From Octopus bimaculoides (lineage: Eukaryota), in contig NC_068985.1 in the NCBI RefSeq assembly GCF_001194135.2, positions 92,722,375 to 92,786,374 of the forward strand: a stretch of 64,000 nucleotides of DNA, read 5' to 3'. Shown here one piece after another: positions 41,864-53,596 of the stretch. The translations under genes were made by a program, and so were the position numbers. Positions within the stretch are counted from its first letter, which is position 1. Every line of letters starts with the position of its first letter. The notes beneath the pieces are model-generated. The model had not been told where the DNA came from and searched no databases. It saw nothing but the letters and a program-made list of their open reading frames with translations.

Positions 41864-42109
41864 CTTCTTTGCCTGTAGATTTAACAAACTCAGCTACGGC
41901 CATACTGCATACCACTTCAGAGGATTTGGTCAGTTATACTGACCTCAATATTTAGTCTATTATTTTATCATTGTTTTCTATTTATTTAATGTCTAAGTTT
42001 GCTTTTAGACATAAAGAGACAACTTGACTTATTGAATACCTCAATATATATTTTGTTTGCTGTGCCAGTTTTCCATTAACACATATGCATCCATGCACAA
42101 ATATATATA

Positions 42110-42265
42110 TATATGATGGCTTAATATGTCAGTTTCCATTTGTCAAATTTCACATTCATGGCATTAATCAACCAGAGGCTGTTTGGAAAGAAGACACCTG
42201 GGTGATGGACTCAAACTTGGAACGATGTAGTTGTGAGGTACACTTTAAACCCACACTGGCATGTC
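42110..42265 (-). mobile_element. Family B SINE 5' half, diverged
   Basis: CAGTTTCCATTTGTCAAATTTCAC..GAAGACACCTG similarity. Confidence 0.55.
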
Positions 42266-43414
42266 TGTACTCCTGCAAATCATACGCTCACATACATCTT
42301 TTCAGATGTTCTACTGAAATAATTGGTTTGATTATATATTTTGTTGGCAAAATTTAAGAGTTGATAAGGAAATTGATTTAAAAAAAAAAAAAAAATTATT
42401 TTCATCTTTAAACTTAGCTTAGAGGCAGGTACAGAATAAAGCATAGAATGTTTAACATTTAATAACTATTGGATATTAATCTTCAATCACTAATTCTGTA
42501 ATTTCAAAAACTACGTCTTTGAGCCAGAGCTTAAAGAGTGAGCTAGCTGGTGTGTTGAGGAAATATAAGAGGAAGGTGTGGGTATGGAATTGTTACTTTA
42601 GATTTCATGTGATAGCTTTTATCTCAGAGCATACAAATCACATCATGAAAATGAATATGGCACTTAGATATTGCGATCTCCACTGAAATATTATTTGACA
42701 AATTAAAAGGTTACTGTTTTTGGATTTTTTTTCTTTTTCTTTTTCTTATTTTTTCTTTTTTTTTTAGTTAATATATATTTCTAACACATCTAAAGATTAT
42801 AATAGCCAATTTACTTGTGGATTTGAGAAGTGGTTCAGAATAGAAATTAAAATAAAAAAGAAATTTCTTTTTGAATTCATTGTCTGGAAATATATGGATG
42901 AATTATGTATGGAAATATCTTAACAAAACTATTCAACATGAATTAGGAGATTCTCTTGCCTGGCAGTAAAGGAGGTATTTGTATATAAAGAATTGGAAAA
43001 GCAATTAATATTTAAATTTTTGATCTCTTGTTCCATTATATACACACACACGTATGTATCGATTTGCTTTCTCTTTATTGCCTACTTTTCCTTGCTTGCA
43101 TGGGCCAGGCCAGATTTGTTCAAACAGGTATCTTCTTACAGCTCTATGCTTTTCAGCAATTCTGAAGCATGCTAATAATTTCCCCCAGTCTGAACAGGTT
43201 TTCACAGAAGGCCACAAACAAGCATCATTTATATGACTACAAAATTTGTCTATAGTTTGCATGTGATGTAAAGAAGAGAGATGCATGCATGTACAGAGAG
43301 GGGCTTCTTCCAATTTCCACCTTGGTTGGTCCAGACCTACAGTAGGAAACACATATGCAAGGTGCTATGCAGCCTTACCTGCATCTAGCCACATCACTAC
43401 TGGTTGTGTATATA

Positions 43415-43580
43415 TGTATGACAAGATTCTTCCAGTTTCTTGGAACCAGATTTGCTCCCAAAGCTTCAGTTAACCTACCTCTGTAGATGAAGACACCTGG
43501 CAAAGGTGCCACTGCTGTGGGACTGAACCCACAGCCACTTGGTTGCAATGGACTTCTTAAACATTTAAACATGCATCCCC
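43415..43580 (-). mobile_element. Family B SINE 5' half, diverged
   Basis: GTAGATGAAGACACCTGGCAAAGGTGCCACTGCTGTGGGACTGAACCC. Confidence 0.6.
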
Positions 43581-44200
43581 ATCTGTCTGTGTATATATTA
43601 TAGTCCAACCAATTCATGTATGGAGATAAAAGTGAGAAATGATAATGTTTATAAAGACATGTTTGTACAGACAGACACACACATATTCCTACAGACAATT
43701 CATACAGATAATCACCTGCATTTGTATAGATATATACAAGCACATACGTACACGTTGTCAGATGCTAGGTGTAAATTTCTATTGCATTCTATAACTGTCT
43801 AAAATCCATGGTATTGGCTTTCTTTTCTTAGTATTTCTATGCACCTATCTCTTCCTCTAACTATATTTATGTATATGTGTGAATATGTATGCATAGATAT
43901 AATTCTATGATTGTGCGTGTCTGATATATGAGAGAGGGAGACATGTTACTTCTCAGAGGGAAAGGCAGATTCTATGATACTTGTGTGAAAAGAGCAAAAC
44001 TGCATAGTAGTGAATCACGTACCCTGAATGCAGAGAGTGAGCAAAGACTCAAAATATGAAGCTTACATGCTTTCTTGGATGTGCAAATGCAAGTGTTTAT
44101 TTGTGACCAGCTGCAAATAATCAGATGTTATGAGCAACTGCACACCCAAACCATCCCTGATTAGCCTTCTCTCCACATCTCATTTTCCTATCATTCATAC

Positions 44201-44236
44201 CTCCATCATTCTACTAGCTATAGCACTATTCATCTG
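44201..44236 (-). CDS. Candidate 36-nt exon: QMNSAIASRMME
   Basis: ttcttcatataattacag|CAG (NAGNAG) acceptor and GAG|gtatga donor, frame-preserving. Confidence 0.25.
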
Positions 44237-44912
44237 CTGTAATTATATGAAGAAAGAACTATAAATATTTCACCACCTTTAGTGCTATCAGTCATCATTT
44301 CCTCTGGAAACACTTCTGTTTTGACATCCATAATGCACAAAAATTTGACTTGGGAACACATCTTGCATTGAATCTGGCTCTTAAGATATTCTACGTACAT
44401 CATGATTGTTTGCATAAAATAAAATATATAAAGAAAGACTGTTAATGAAACATCAGAAATCTAATTTTGAAAACAGAAGAAAAATATCTTGTGCACATCA
44501 TTTAAGGATTAAATTCTTAGCATTATGTTGTTGCAAATATCCTTGTATATGTAAGTATTCGCCTTAAAATCTTTTTTTGTTTTTTAATGTTTAGGAATAT
44601 TTAAAGCCCCCATTTTTGTTTTTACTGAAAATATATAGCCATGAGAGGTAATTTACTCAAAAGAATTAAAATGTGAACTCTGTAAACTTCAAATTTCTCC
44701 AAGTCTGTGTATGTAAGCGAAAATTAGATATTGATTCTTCAATCAGGATAACAGTTTTAAGTGTCAGTTTTGATTTTTTTAAAAATTCTATTATTTTCTC
44801 TGGAAAATAATATTGGTTTCTATATTACAGATATGACTGCTTTTCATACATTTCCTTGAAACAGTTTCCAGTATTCAGATTGATTATGTAAGACATTGCA
44901 ATATTTGATGCT

Positions 44913-44934
44913 GTGTGTGTATGAGTGTGTGTGT

Positions 44935-44981
<47 letters not shown>
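44913..44981. repeat. Compound (TG)n(TA)n(TG)n microsatellite
   Basis: Direct. Confidence 0.95.
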
Positions 44982-45904
44982 ATAACAATATAACATATTT
45001 TGCTTTAAAGAAACAATAAATGAAATCTATAATAAGAATTATAATTTTCAGATTGTTTTTCAAATTGTTATTGACAACTTACAGTAGAGTATGTTTGTGC
45101 AGACTTACCTATAATTTTAGAGTTTCTTTCTTCTGTCTGGTAGTTTATTTTGCATAAAAAGCATTTTCTCATCGTTTGCATTAGTCCTATTTACCATACA
45201 AGAAACTGTCAGCAACTGCTGATTATCTGAGCCATAAAAGAAACTCTACTTTCCTATTGATGTATGTTAGCATAACAAGTAAATTGCATTTTGTCAGGGG
45301 GGGATGTCAAGCATGTTTTTTTTTTTTTTCTGTTTTGCTCTTTTTCCTGAATGTGTCCTTGATCTCTAGAAACTGTGGCTACCTCAGTCTTAAAGATTTA
45401 TGATTACACTTGATGTAGAGTATTGAGAAATTAGTATTTTTAGATTTCATCCTTTGGCAGGTGGTAATGAAATAAATACCTGTCGAATTCTTGGGTCAAT
45501 ATAACCAACTACAATTCTGTCTTTCTTTACCAAATAAAAGAAAAAAGAAAAAGTTGACTTTGTTCGAAATCATTTTTATGATTCTTGTGAAATTTCACTT
45601 TTGCTTTTTCAGAAAAAATTTAAACCTGTTTATGTTCTGTAGATCTTCGTGAAATTTTCAGCAAATTGTCATGTTAGACTAGAATGAAAAGCTTTAATAT
45701 CTGAAGATAGAATAGAGTTTGAATAAATGCCTACAGGAAACCTTTCTTTCTATTTTTTTTCCTCCTCGTCCAAGTTGTTTTGAAAACCTAGCAGTCTTCA
45801 CATGCTAAAATTTATAGCTTCATCTACTTTTGAGTTCCACCATTAAAAATTATTGATTTCAAACCTCTTAGAGTTTGTAAATTCTTATGATGTAAGCAAT
45901 GTAC

Positions 45905-46135
45905 AATTTTTGCTGGTAAGAACAAAGCTTCTAAAATGGCTGGGCAAGGTTCAAAGGATTGTGTTGCTATAATGGTTGGAATGTCTGTAATGTTTGAAGA
46001 AGATATGGGCAGCCTTCACTTTTTTTCTTCTATATCCAATATTCTACGTAAACTATTATTTATAGCCTTATCTATTTCGAGTTTCACCATTAAAAACATG
46101 TTATCAAATATCCAGAGGTTCAATGAAAAGATTAG
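45905..46135 (-). pseudogene. Exon-like segment, 77 codons with one TGA: LIFSLNLWIFDNMFLMVKLEIDKAINNSLRRILDIEEKK*RLPISSSNITDIPTIIATQSFEPCPAILEALFLPAKI
   Basis: aacttcag|CTA acceptor, weak gtacat donor; TGA at 46018-46016; the antisense frame is also open (track ORF 45936-46139). Confidence 0.35.
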
Positions 46136-46290
46136 CTGAAGTTAATATTAATGTCCTTTCTAAACTGACCCTGCAAACGCGCTCAGATCTGATCAATGGT
46201 ATTGTTAGGGGCATTTTCGTTTCCTAACTTCAGTTTGAAATAATGTTGCATCATCATGTTAAATGGCTTCAAGAAGTGCGTAAAGCTTAC

Positions 46291-46484
46291 TTTGGTAAAT
46301 TTTTCAAAGTCTTACTCTGATTCATATGTACAGCCCTTAAGCTGAAATGGGTTTTGTTATTAATGTTTAATAACAAAACGAAGGAAGGCAAATGTTTAAA
46401 AAGCTTTTGTGATGTACAAAATGACGGAACAAATTTAAAATGGTCAGTGGGTTTGACGATAGGCAAAATTAAATCTGTTACATA
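46291..46484 (-). CDS. Candidate exon: YVTDLILPIVKPTDHFKFVPSFCTSQKLFKHLPSFVLLLNINNKTHFSLRAVHMNQSKTLKNLPK
   Basis: ttctgccaag|TAT acceptor, AA|gtaagc donor, 64 stop-free codons; phase does not match the next candidate exon. Confidence 0.35.
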
Positions 46485-46583
46485 CTTGGCAGAAGTGGCA
46501 GAATAATATGTTATCATTATGTTATTATTAACATTTTTGTTTATTATTATTATTATTTTATTTATATATTTATTTTATTTATT

Positions 46584-46770
46584 TCATCATCATCATCATT
46601 TAACATTTGCTCTCCATGCTAGCATGGGTTGGACGGATTGACTGGGGACTAGTGAACCAGGTGGATACACCAGACTCCAATCTGATCTGGCAGAGTTTCT
46701 ACAGCTGGATGCCCTTCCTAAAGCCAACCACTCTGAAAGTGTAGTGGGTGCTTTTCACATTCCACCGGCA
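46584..46770 (-). mobile_element. Family A retroposon
   Basis: Near-identical core to the 8952 copy. Confidence 0.85.
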
Positions 46771-48810
46771 TTTATTTATTTTTTTGGTCTATTATGGACT
46801 GAGTGATGAACTTCTAGTGATCTGAAGAGATTTTCAGAAGACACTGGAGTGATTTCCTGCTCCTTTCGACATAAGAGTCCTTGTACCAAATATGCAAAAT
46901 TTCAAAAAAAAAGGGGGGGGGGGCAGATCACATACACCTGCACACACACATACACATACGCACACAAAAGTTTTTTTTTTATTAAACAGGTTTCTTGATC
47001 TGGGCATGAATGTATAGCAATGCTATGGACTATTAGTATTATGTTTGGAGAGACTTATGTCAAAAAATTATGTATTTGTAGGAAAATTATATTGATACTT
47101 CTTCATAAAGAAAAGAACAAAAACAAAAAAAAAACAATTTGGTAAATTGAGAGAAAATGTTATAAAATATCAAGAATATAAATGAGGAAAGTGTCAATAA
47201 TTCATAATAATGATTTATATGATAATTTTCCTTTAACCTTTAATGTTTTTGCTTATTACACAATATTTTGCAGACAGCAATTGCGTATGGCAAGATTATT
47301 GTGCTCTTTTCACATATATTCTGCAACAACAGTCATTATATGAATTTAATTGCTTAAAAATGCAAGTTGAAAATTCAAATTAGATTTTGTTGATGACAAC
47401 AGTGTAACATTATAAATATGGTGAAGACTTTAATATTCTATAATATGATAAATATTAATATATTCTATCAAAATAATCAATGATCTTAGTTAATATAAAT
47501 TGGTAATTCAGTGGTAGTGCAGGAGACTGGGGTAAACTTGTAGCAAATTAAGTCCTAAAACCACACTGCAGTTTGTAGACAACACCAGTGCATATCACTT
47601 ATCTCAATGGTGAGATTGTTACCTGCTTGCTTAACCTACTAAAAATAGAAACCAAGTTTTTCATAAAAACCACATCCTGCCATCCTGAAAAATGAAAGGA
47701 CTTGCTGGATAGAGAAGTCTAATACAGATCGTAAAGATAAGATGGTCAAGTTTAGAATATGTTTTGAATATAAGTTTGCTCAAGCAGAGCTGAGCTGGGA
47801 CTAATCAACAACTACTTATGCTAAAACCCACTCAGTTTTATTTCTGGCTCCTTAAGGGTGAGAAGACTGCATTTGCATGAGAAGTGATCAGATATTTATA
47901 AATTATTTCAATTGTAAGAGATAATCTATCAAATTTCATTGAGAGATGCTAAATGTATTACATTCTGATACTGTATTCTCATTGGTGTTGCATCCAATGC
48001 AACATATGCAGTTGCAACCAGCGCAACATATGGAATATATTTGAATATCATGAAATTTTCAATTTCTTATGCAAATAAACTGTTGAACATTTGATGGGAA
48101 GTGCGGTTTAGGAAGAGGTGTTGTGGTATTAAAATGAGAAAAAGCTAAATTAGTTCTGTTTATATATGTACTATTTCGGTTGCAGATTAATTAATTCTTC
48201 AAAACATGAGTTAGCAATACTTGTTAATCAAAGTTTAGAAGCAATTAACTTCAAGGAAAAATGGCAGCGTCCCTCCCATTATGAAACAATATGTCTGTTA
48301 CTAGAATAGTTTGTTGGGGTCTATGACTTATATCATTATCGGATTACTACTTGACACTTACTTTTTATCCTTCTATCACTGAGCCCTTTCTGAAACCTTT
48401 AGCTTTAGCTAGAATCATTACACCATTAGGATGGGTATGCATTGATGCAAGGAAGGAAATCCCTTTGGTTTTTGATAATTCTCCTGAAGTAAAATAAGAA
48501 TAATTATGTTTTAATACAGAATTATTTACTTGGATCACATTACTCTAATGTAAGCCAATAATGGGGAGAATATGTGAGCAAATACAATGCAGTATTTATT
48601 CAAAAATGCACACTGATTAAAAAAGGAAAAAAATAGCAGAACCCAAAGATTCATGTGCAAATGTATCACGCCACTTATGAAACAAACCAGTATGCAAATT
48701 AGAAGGCAGTCAAAAGTTCACTTTAAAAGGACATGAGGCGAATGCATGAAATAAAGCAGAATCACTAAACTTTGTTCGAAAATTAAATTAGAGAACATTA
48801 AATTAGAGCA

Positions 48811-48967
48811 ATCATCATCATCATCATCATCATCATCGTTTAACGTCCGCTTTCCATGCTAGCATGGGTTGGACGATTTGACTGAGGACTGGTGAAACCG
48901 GATGGCAACACCAGGCTCCAGTCTGATTTGGCAGAGTTTCTACAGCTGGATGCCCTTCCTAACGCCA
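48811..48967 (-). mobile_element. Family A retroposon, truncated, low divergence
   Basis: Near-identical to 8952-9120 and breaks at AACGCCA. Confidence 0.85.
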
Positions 48968-49669
48968 GGGGCACGTGGTGGGACTGAATAGTAAAGAATT
49001 GTAAGGATACATATGCGATTTTTTGCTTAAAAGATTTCCTACAGTAATAAAAAGACTTTATGAAGATGGTTTCCTAGCTAAGTGTCATATAATATGAGTG
49101 GCTGCAAACTCGATAGATTTAGGAAATGTCTCATAAAACTAATTAAGTGATGCAGATGTTAGTGCTACAATACAAACCAATCTTACTATATGTTTTTAAG
49201 CATTACATAGATCTACATACAAAAGAAAATTAGATACTGTTTTATATGAAATATTTTATATAAATTCTCTTGCATGTTGCATATGTTTGTTAACTGTTCA
49301 TTTACATCTTTGCACTTATTTTCAAGCTTTTCTGCATTTATTTTCATTTTCTATATGTACATATTTTTGTTTGCCACAAGAGTCTTTGGATATATATCTG
49401 TGTGTACCAATCATCATTTTACATACACTTTAACATGTTTACATAAGTCAGACAAAACTATTTTCAGTGGCTGAATGCTCTTCTCCCTGCCAACCTTCAT
49501 GTGTTTATAAACAAGGTGATTTTCCTTCTCATTCTTTGAACAATAATCAGGTCAATCATCAGACATGGTTTTATTGAGGATTGAAAACAAATGGCACCAT
49601 TTGTATGAACACTGTTTCTACTTACAATCAGCAAGGAACTATCAAAGTGCATGTGTGCACGCACACTCA

Positions 49670-49880
49670 AAAGAGGACTTCTTACAGTTTCTGTCCAACA
49701 GATTGCACTTACAAGGCATTAGCCAGTGCTGGAGTATAATAGAAGACACCTGCCCAAGGTGCCACAATGTGGAGCCATGACACAGCCACATCTTTGTGGA
49801 TAAGAAGTTCAGTTTGCAGTCATGTGGTTTCAGGTTTAACCCCGGGCCCACCAAATGCTTGATAGTAGATTTAGTAAACC
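49670..49880. mobile_element. Two family B fragments in opposite orientation, head to head
   Basis: Minus fragment (ATAATAGAAGACACCTGCCCAAGGTGCCAC) abuts plus fragment (TGTGGATAAGAAG..GGCCCACCAAATGCTTG). Confidence 0.6.
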
Positions 49881-49928
49881 AAAAGTGAAACAAGGTTATA
49901 TGTATATTGCACATGAAGGTGTATGTGC

Positions 49929-49966
<38 letters not shown>

Positions 49967-49995
49967 GTCTATGTACACATTTATATACATCTATG

Positions 49996-50368
49996 NNNNN
50001 NNNNNNNNNNNNNNNNNNNNNNNNNNNNNNNNNNNNNNNNNNNNNNNNNNNNNNNNNNNNNNNNNNNNNNNNNNNNNNNNNNNNNNNNNNNNNNNNNNNN
50101 NNNNNNNNNNNNNNNNNNNNNNNNNNNNNNNNNNNNNNNNNNNNNNNNNNNNNNNNNNNNNNNNNNNNNNNNNNNNNNNNNNNNNNNNNNNNNNNNNNNN
50201 NNNNNNNNNNNNNNNNNNNNNNNNNNNNNNNNNNNNNNNNNNNNNNNNNNNNNNNNNNNNNNNNNNNNNNNNNNNNNNNNNNNNNNNNNNNNNNNNNNNN
50301 NNNNNNNNNNNNNNNNNNNNNNNNNNNNNNNNNNNNNNNNNNNNNNNNNNNNNNNNNNNNNNNNNNNN
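49996..50368. other. Assembly gap flanked by TA-rich microsatellite
   Basis: N run. Confidence 1.
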
Positions 50369-50618
50369 TATATATATATATATATATATTTATTTATTTA
50401 TTTATGTTTGTGTATGTGTCTTCTTGCATTGACATTGTTTGCTAATTGTAAGGAAACATGACCAGTATGGCAGTGATGTTTGCTTAGAATTAGCAGTGAT
50501 AGTATATCAGGCCATTGTAATGTTAATGTTCAAAGGAATCTGGAAGACCTTACTCTTGCTTAGAAACAGGTGTAGGTTGGAAATTGGATGAGCATATGAT
50601 AGAAAATCCACATCAATC

Positions 50619-50697
50619 CTGTGGTTCCCCAATTTACTATTTTCCCATCATGGCCCCCACCCACAAATCTTATATGGACCCTGGTTGAGAACCACTG
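50619..50697. mobile_element. Small hAT/Charlie-like MITE relic
   Basis: Right end GGTTGAGAACCACTG (reverse complement CAGTGGTTCTCAACC), degenerate left end CTGTGGTTCCCCAA; no clean 8-bp TSD. Confidence 0.5.
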
Positions 50698-50744
50698 ATC
50701 TAATACATTAAAGCATGGAAAATTGAACATTAAAGCAATGGTGA

Positions 50745-50904
50745 TATTACACAACTTCTTCTTCATCACCATCTTCTTCCTCCAGTGACATCTTGTCTGC
50801 TCTTTCATTGCTTGGACTGGGTTTCTGAATAGTGTTTTGTGGTGGGATGTTCTTGTCAACAACTGCTTTAGTCAACTCTTATATTATGGAGGGTCATGGT
50901 GTGC
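50745..50904 (-). pseudogene. Exon-like acidic segment: GTP*PSII*ELTKAVVDKNIPPQNTIQKPSPSNERADKMSLEEEDGDEEEVV*
   Basis: ttttctgaatag|GC acceptor; stops explainable as CGA>TGA and CAA>TAA; donor unclear. Confidence 0.35.
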
Positions 50905-51334
50905 CTATTCAGAAAATAGGACATGCTGTATATTTATATAATCATACATGTATACATACGCAATCTGTCATGCACACACACACATACACGTACATGCATT
51001 CACAATAAATATCTTCAACAAGAAAATAACGTGAATGCAACTTAACTGAAATTTTCTTCTTGTGTTTTACTATTAAGTAAATTTTATATTATTAAGCATA
51101 AATAGTTTTTATTTACTATAGAATATAGAACAAATTGCAATTAACAGAATATTACATTGTCTCAGAATAAGAACCTATAGAATATTGATTTTTCCAAATT
51201 AAATGCCTGTGTATAGCTTTGAATTTTGCACTGATACCACTAACTGCAATTGTTGGTTTGAAACTTGCTTTCCATTATTGTTACTACCAATCAAGCTACT
51301 GCAATATCATAAATGTGTCTCCTATGGACATTTC

Positions 51335-51367
<33 letters not shown>

Positions 51368-51608
51368 TCTCATATAAGATGTGCATGCACGTACGTGTAG
51401 AGACACATACACACATGTATGTATGTATATATGTATATATACATATGAAATGCTAAAACAAAATTATCATAAATTTTTGTTGCTGAATGTCTAATAATAT
51501 TTGTTGTTCTTGTAGTTATATTGATTTAGAAGTCTCTTTCATCATCTTGTTCACTTGTGAAACTAAAGTTAGCTTCTCAATATGATCTTTCTGTCTGTGT
51601 CTGCCACC

Positions 51609-51609
<1 letters not shown>

Positions 51610-51651
<42 letters not shown>
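51610..51651. repeat. (CT)n microsatellite
   Basis: Direct. Confidence 0.98.
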
Positions 51652-51654
<3 letters not shown>

Positions 51655-53424
51655 TACCCCCATCTTTCTGTTTCTGTCATATATACACATATATAGATGC
51701 AAGGTGTGTATTTTAATTGATCAAAACCTTCATTGGATGTTGTCTCATTTTAAAAACCAGCTAACAATAATATAGAAAAAATAAAATAAAATGTTCAGCA
51801 ACTGACTACAGTCAAGCAATTATTGTAATATTGAAAATTAAATTAAATTGATATCTTTACTTGATTGCTCAACTGAATATAGATCAATGCCACTGGTTTA
51901 TTTCCTATCTTCATTGACCCTCACTTACATTCTACTCCACCCTGTTCTATGTCTTATGTTAAGACAACGTACCATAATCTTCACTTGCTTTGATATTAAA
52001 GTTCGTTTTTTTTTTTTATCGTAGATATATTTTGTCTGGATTTAAATTTCTTCTTTCACAATTTTTTTTTTATAGTAATTTTTTGTTTTTTATTTTTTCA
52101 GTAAAAAATAATTAGAAGGAAGTGGGGGAGAATTTAGACAGATTTCTGGAAATATTCAAAAGCTATACTAAGTAGCTCACTTAATTTTGTCAGAATAAAT
52201 CTTTCCTAGATGTTCTTATTTTGCTAGATTATCATGAACCATGAACCTAGCTTGGTGAAGTATTTATTCTTAATAGTAAAAATACATGTCTTGCTATTTC
52301 TGTTTATGTTTGATTCTTTTAATTTTGCTTTGTTACAGATTTTGTTCAGTAATCTTAAAGCAAGTCAAAATACTAAATGGCATGATCACTTTAAAAGCAT
52401 ACATCTTACAGTGTTGTAAAAATATGACTGATTGCTCTGCATTTCAGTTTATTGTGAAATGTGGGTTGAATCAGTCTTGGGTATGGTGTGGAGGGAGAAT
52501 GGATTTCATATTCTCTTTGTACATATGTTAGCTGCCAATATATAGAAGACAGCTGCGTTCTGCTTTTGAGGTACATGTATGTTTGTATATGTATGTAGCT
52601 GTATAAATTTCAATTGTTTTGCTCTCAGCAATATGGCAAATGTTATATTTCTGATGAGGTTACAAGCAACTTTGTTTACTGATTTTTGATTGATAGTGCT
52701 ATCATCTAATAGAACCATTTCACTTTGAATGGTTTATAGTGAATCTTGGTTTTTGATTGGTTGCAGCTATTTACCTGAATATTTCAGACATGTATGTAAT
52801 TACCTGCAGAAGAGACATCCTTCTATTTTCACTTTCACATTCATTTGACGTTTTTTGTATGTAAATCTCATGAAACATTTGAATTAGGTCACAGCTGAAT
52901 GGGTTACCCAGTTCACTGAGACAAGATGGTTAACAACCTTGTATAAATGTAACTTTAAAAGAAATATGTCTTAATAGCATCATGGCTTCTCTATTATTTT
53001 TCTTTGTAATTTAATAATTTTTCCTTACTATTATTCAATAGAAAACAAATCCTCAAGCTATGGAACAAATAAATAAGCAAGCCTCTTGTATCAATGAGTT
53101 ATCATCAATATGTTTGTTTGATCTGCATGAAACAATAACAAAATCACCTTCAAATAAAATCAGTTACCTTAAAATAATCCCACATTATTCTATAATGAGG
53201 TCATAAATATAGAATACCCAAAGGAGAACACAGACAGTAATCTTGGGCATGTGCTGTCAACTATATCTAAGGTCTACCATCACTTGTAAATAAAACAAGT
53301 AGATGAAAACTGTAAGGAAGCTTGTGATGTGAGTGTTTGTGCATGTGTGTACACATAGATGTTAGCACTAAGTGAACGAATGTAACATCGTTTCCTGTCT
53401 CCAGTAGATGACCAGTAGAGTTAC

Positions 53425-53596
53425 CTTGGAAAACAAATTAGGGTTGGCCACAGTAAGTGTGTCCAACCATTAAAACGTGTCTCAGTAAAGTTTCATCCAA
53501 TCTATTCCAGCATAGGAAAACAGATGTAGATTGTGATGATATATATTTCTTGGCTGTATTACAGAAATTGAAGGCAGAATCATATTGAACTTTCTG
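53425..53596 (-). pseudogene. Exon-like segment: QKVQYDSAFNFCNTAKKYISSQSTSVFLCWNRLDETLLRHVLMVGHTYCGQP*FVFQ (weakly WD40-like W-N...L..GH motif)
   Basis: tttattattccag|CAG acceptor, CAAG|gtaact donor, one TAA at 53440-53438. Confidence 0.35.

Larger units (their letters stand above)
2981..53596 (-). pseudogene. Candidate decayed multi-exon protein-coding gene of unknown identity; 5' end may lie further right
   Basis: About ten segments on one strand bounded by YAG acceptors and GT donors (several GTAAG) with protein-like translations; several carry in-frame stops; a candidate last exon has a stop plus AATAAA. Some joins are phase-compatible, others are not. No domain identified with confidence. 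Confidence 0.4.

Noticed and set aside
43005-43352. 115-aa minus-strand ORF (DKFCSHINDACLWPSVKTCSDWGKLLACFRIAEKHRAVRRYLF)
   Set aside because: Could belong to the decayed gene, but has no convincing donor and three competing frames; not enough support to list as an exon.
49907-50461. Long track ORFs of 150-184 aa
   Set aside because: Made of N gap and (TA)n microsatellite.
2981-53596. Naming the decayed gene (WDR87/WDR97, TTC6 and CFAP69 considered from memory)
   Set aside because: Only faint motif resemblance; no alignment I can support without a search.
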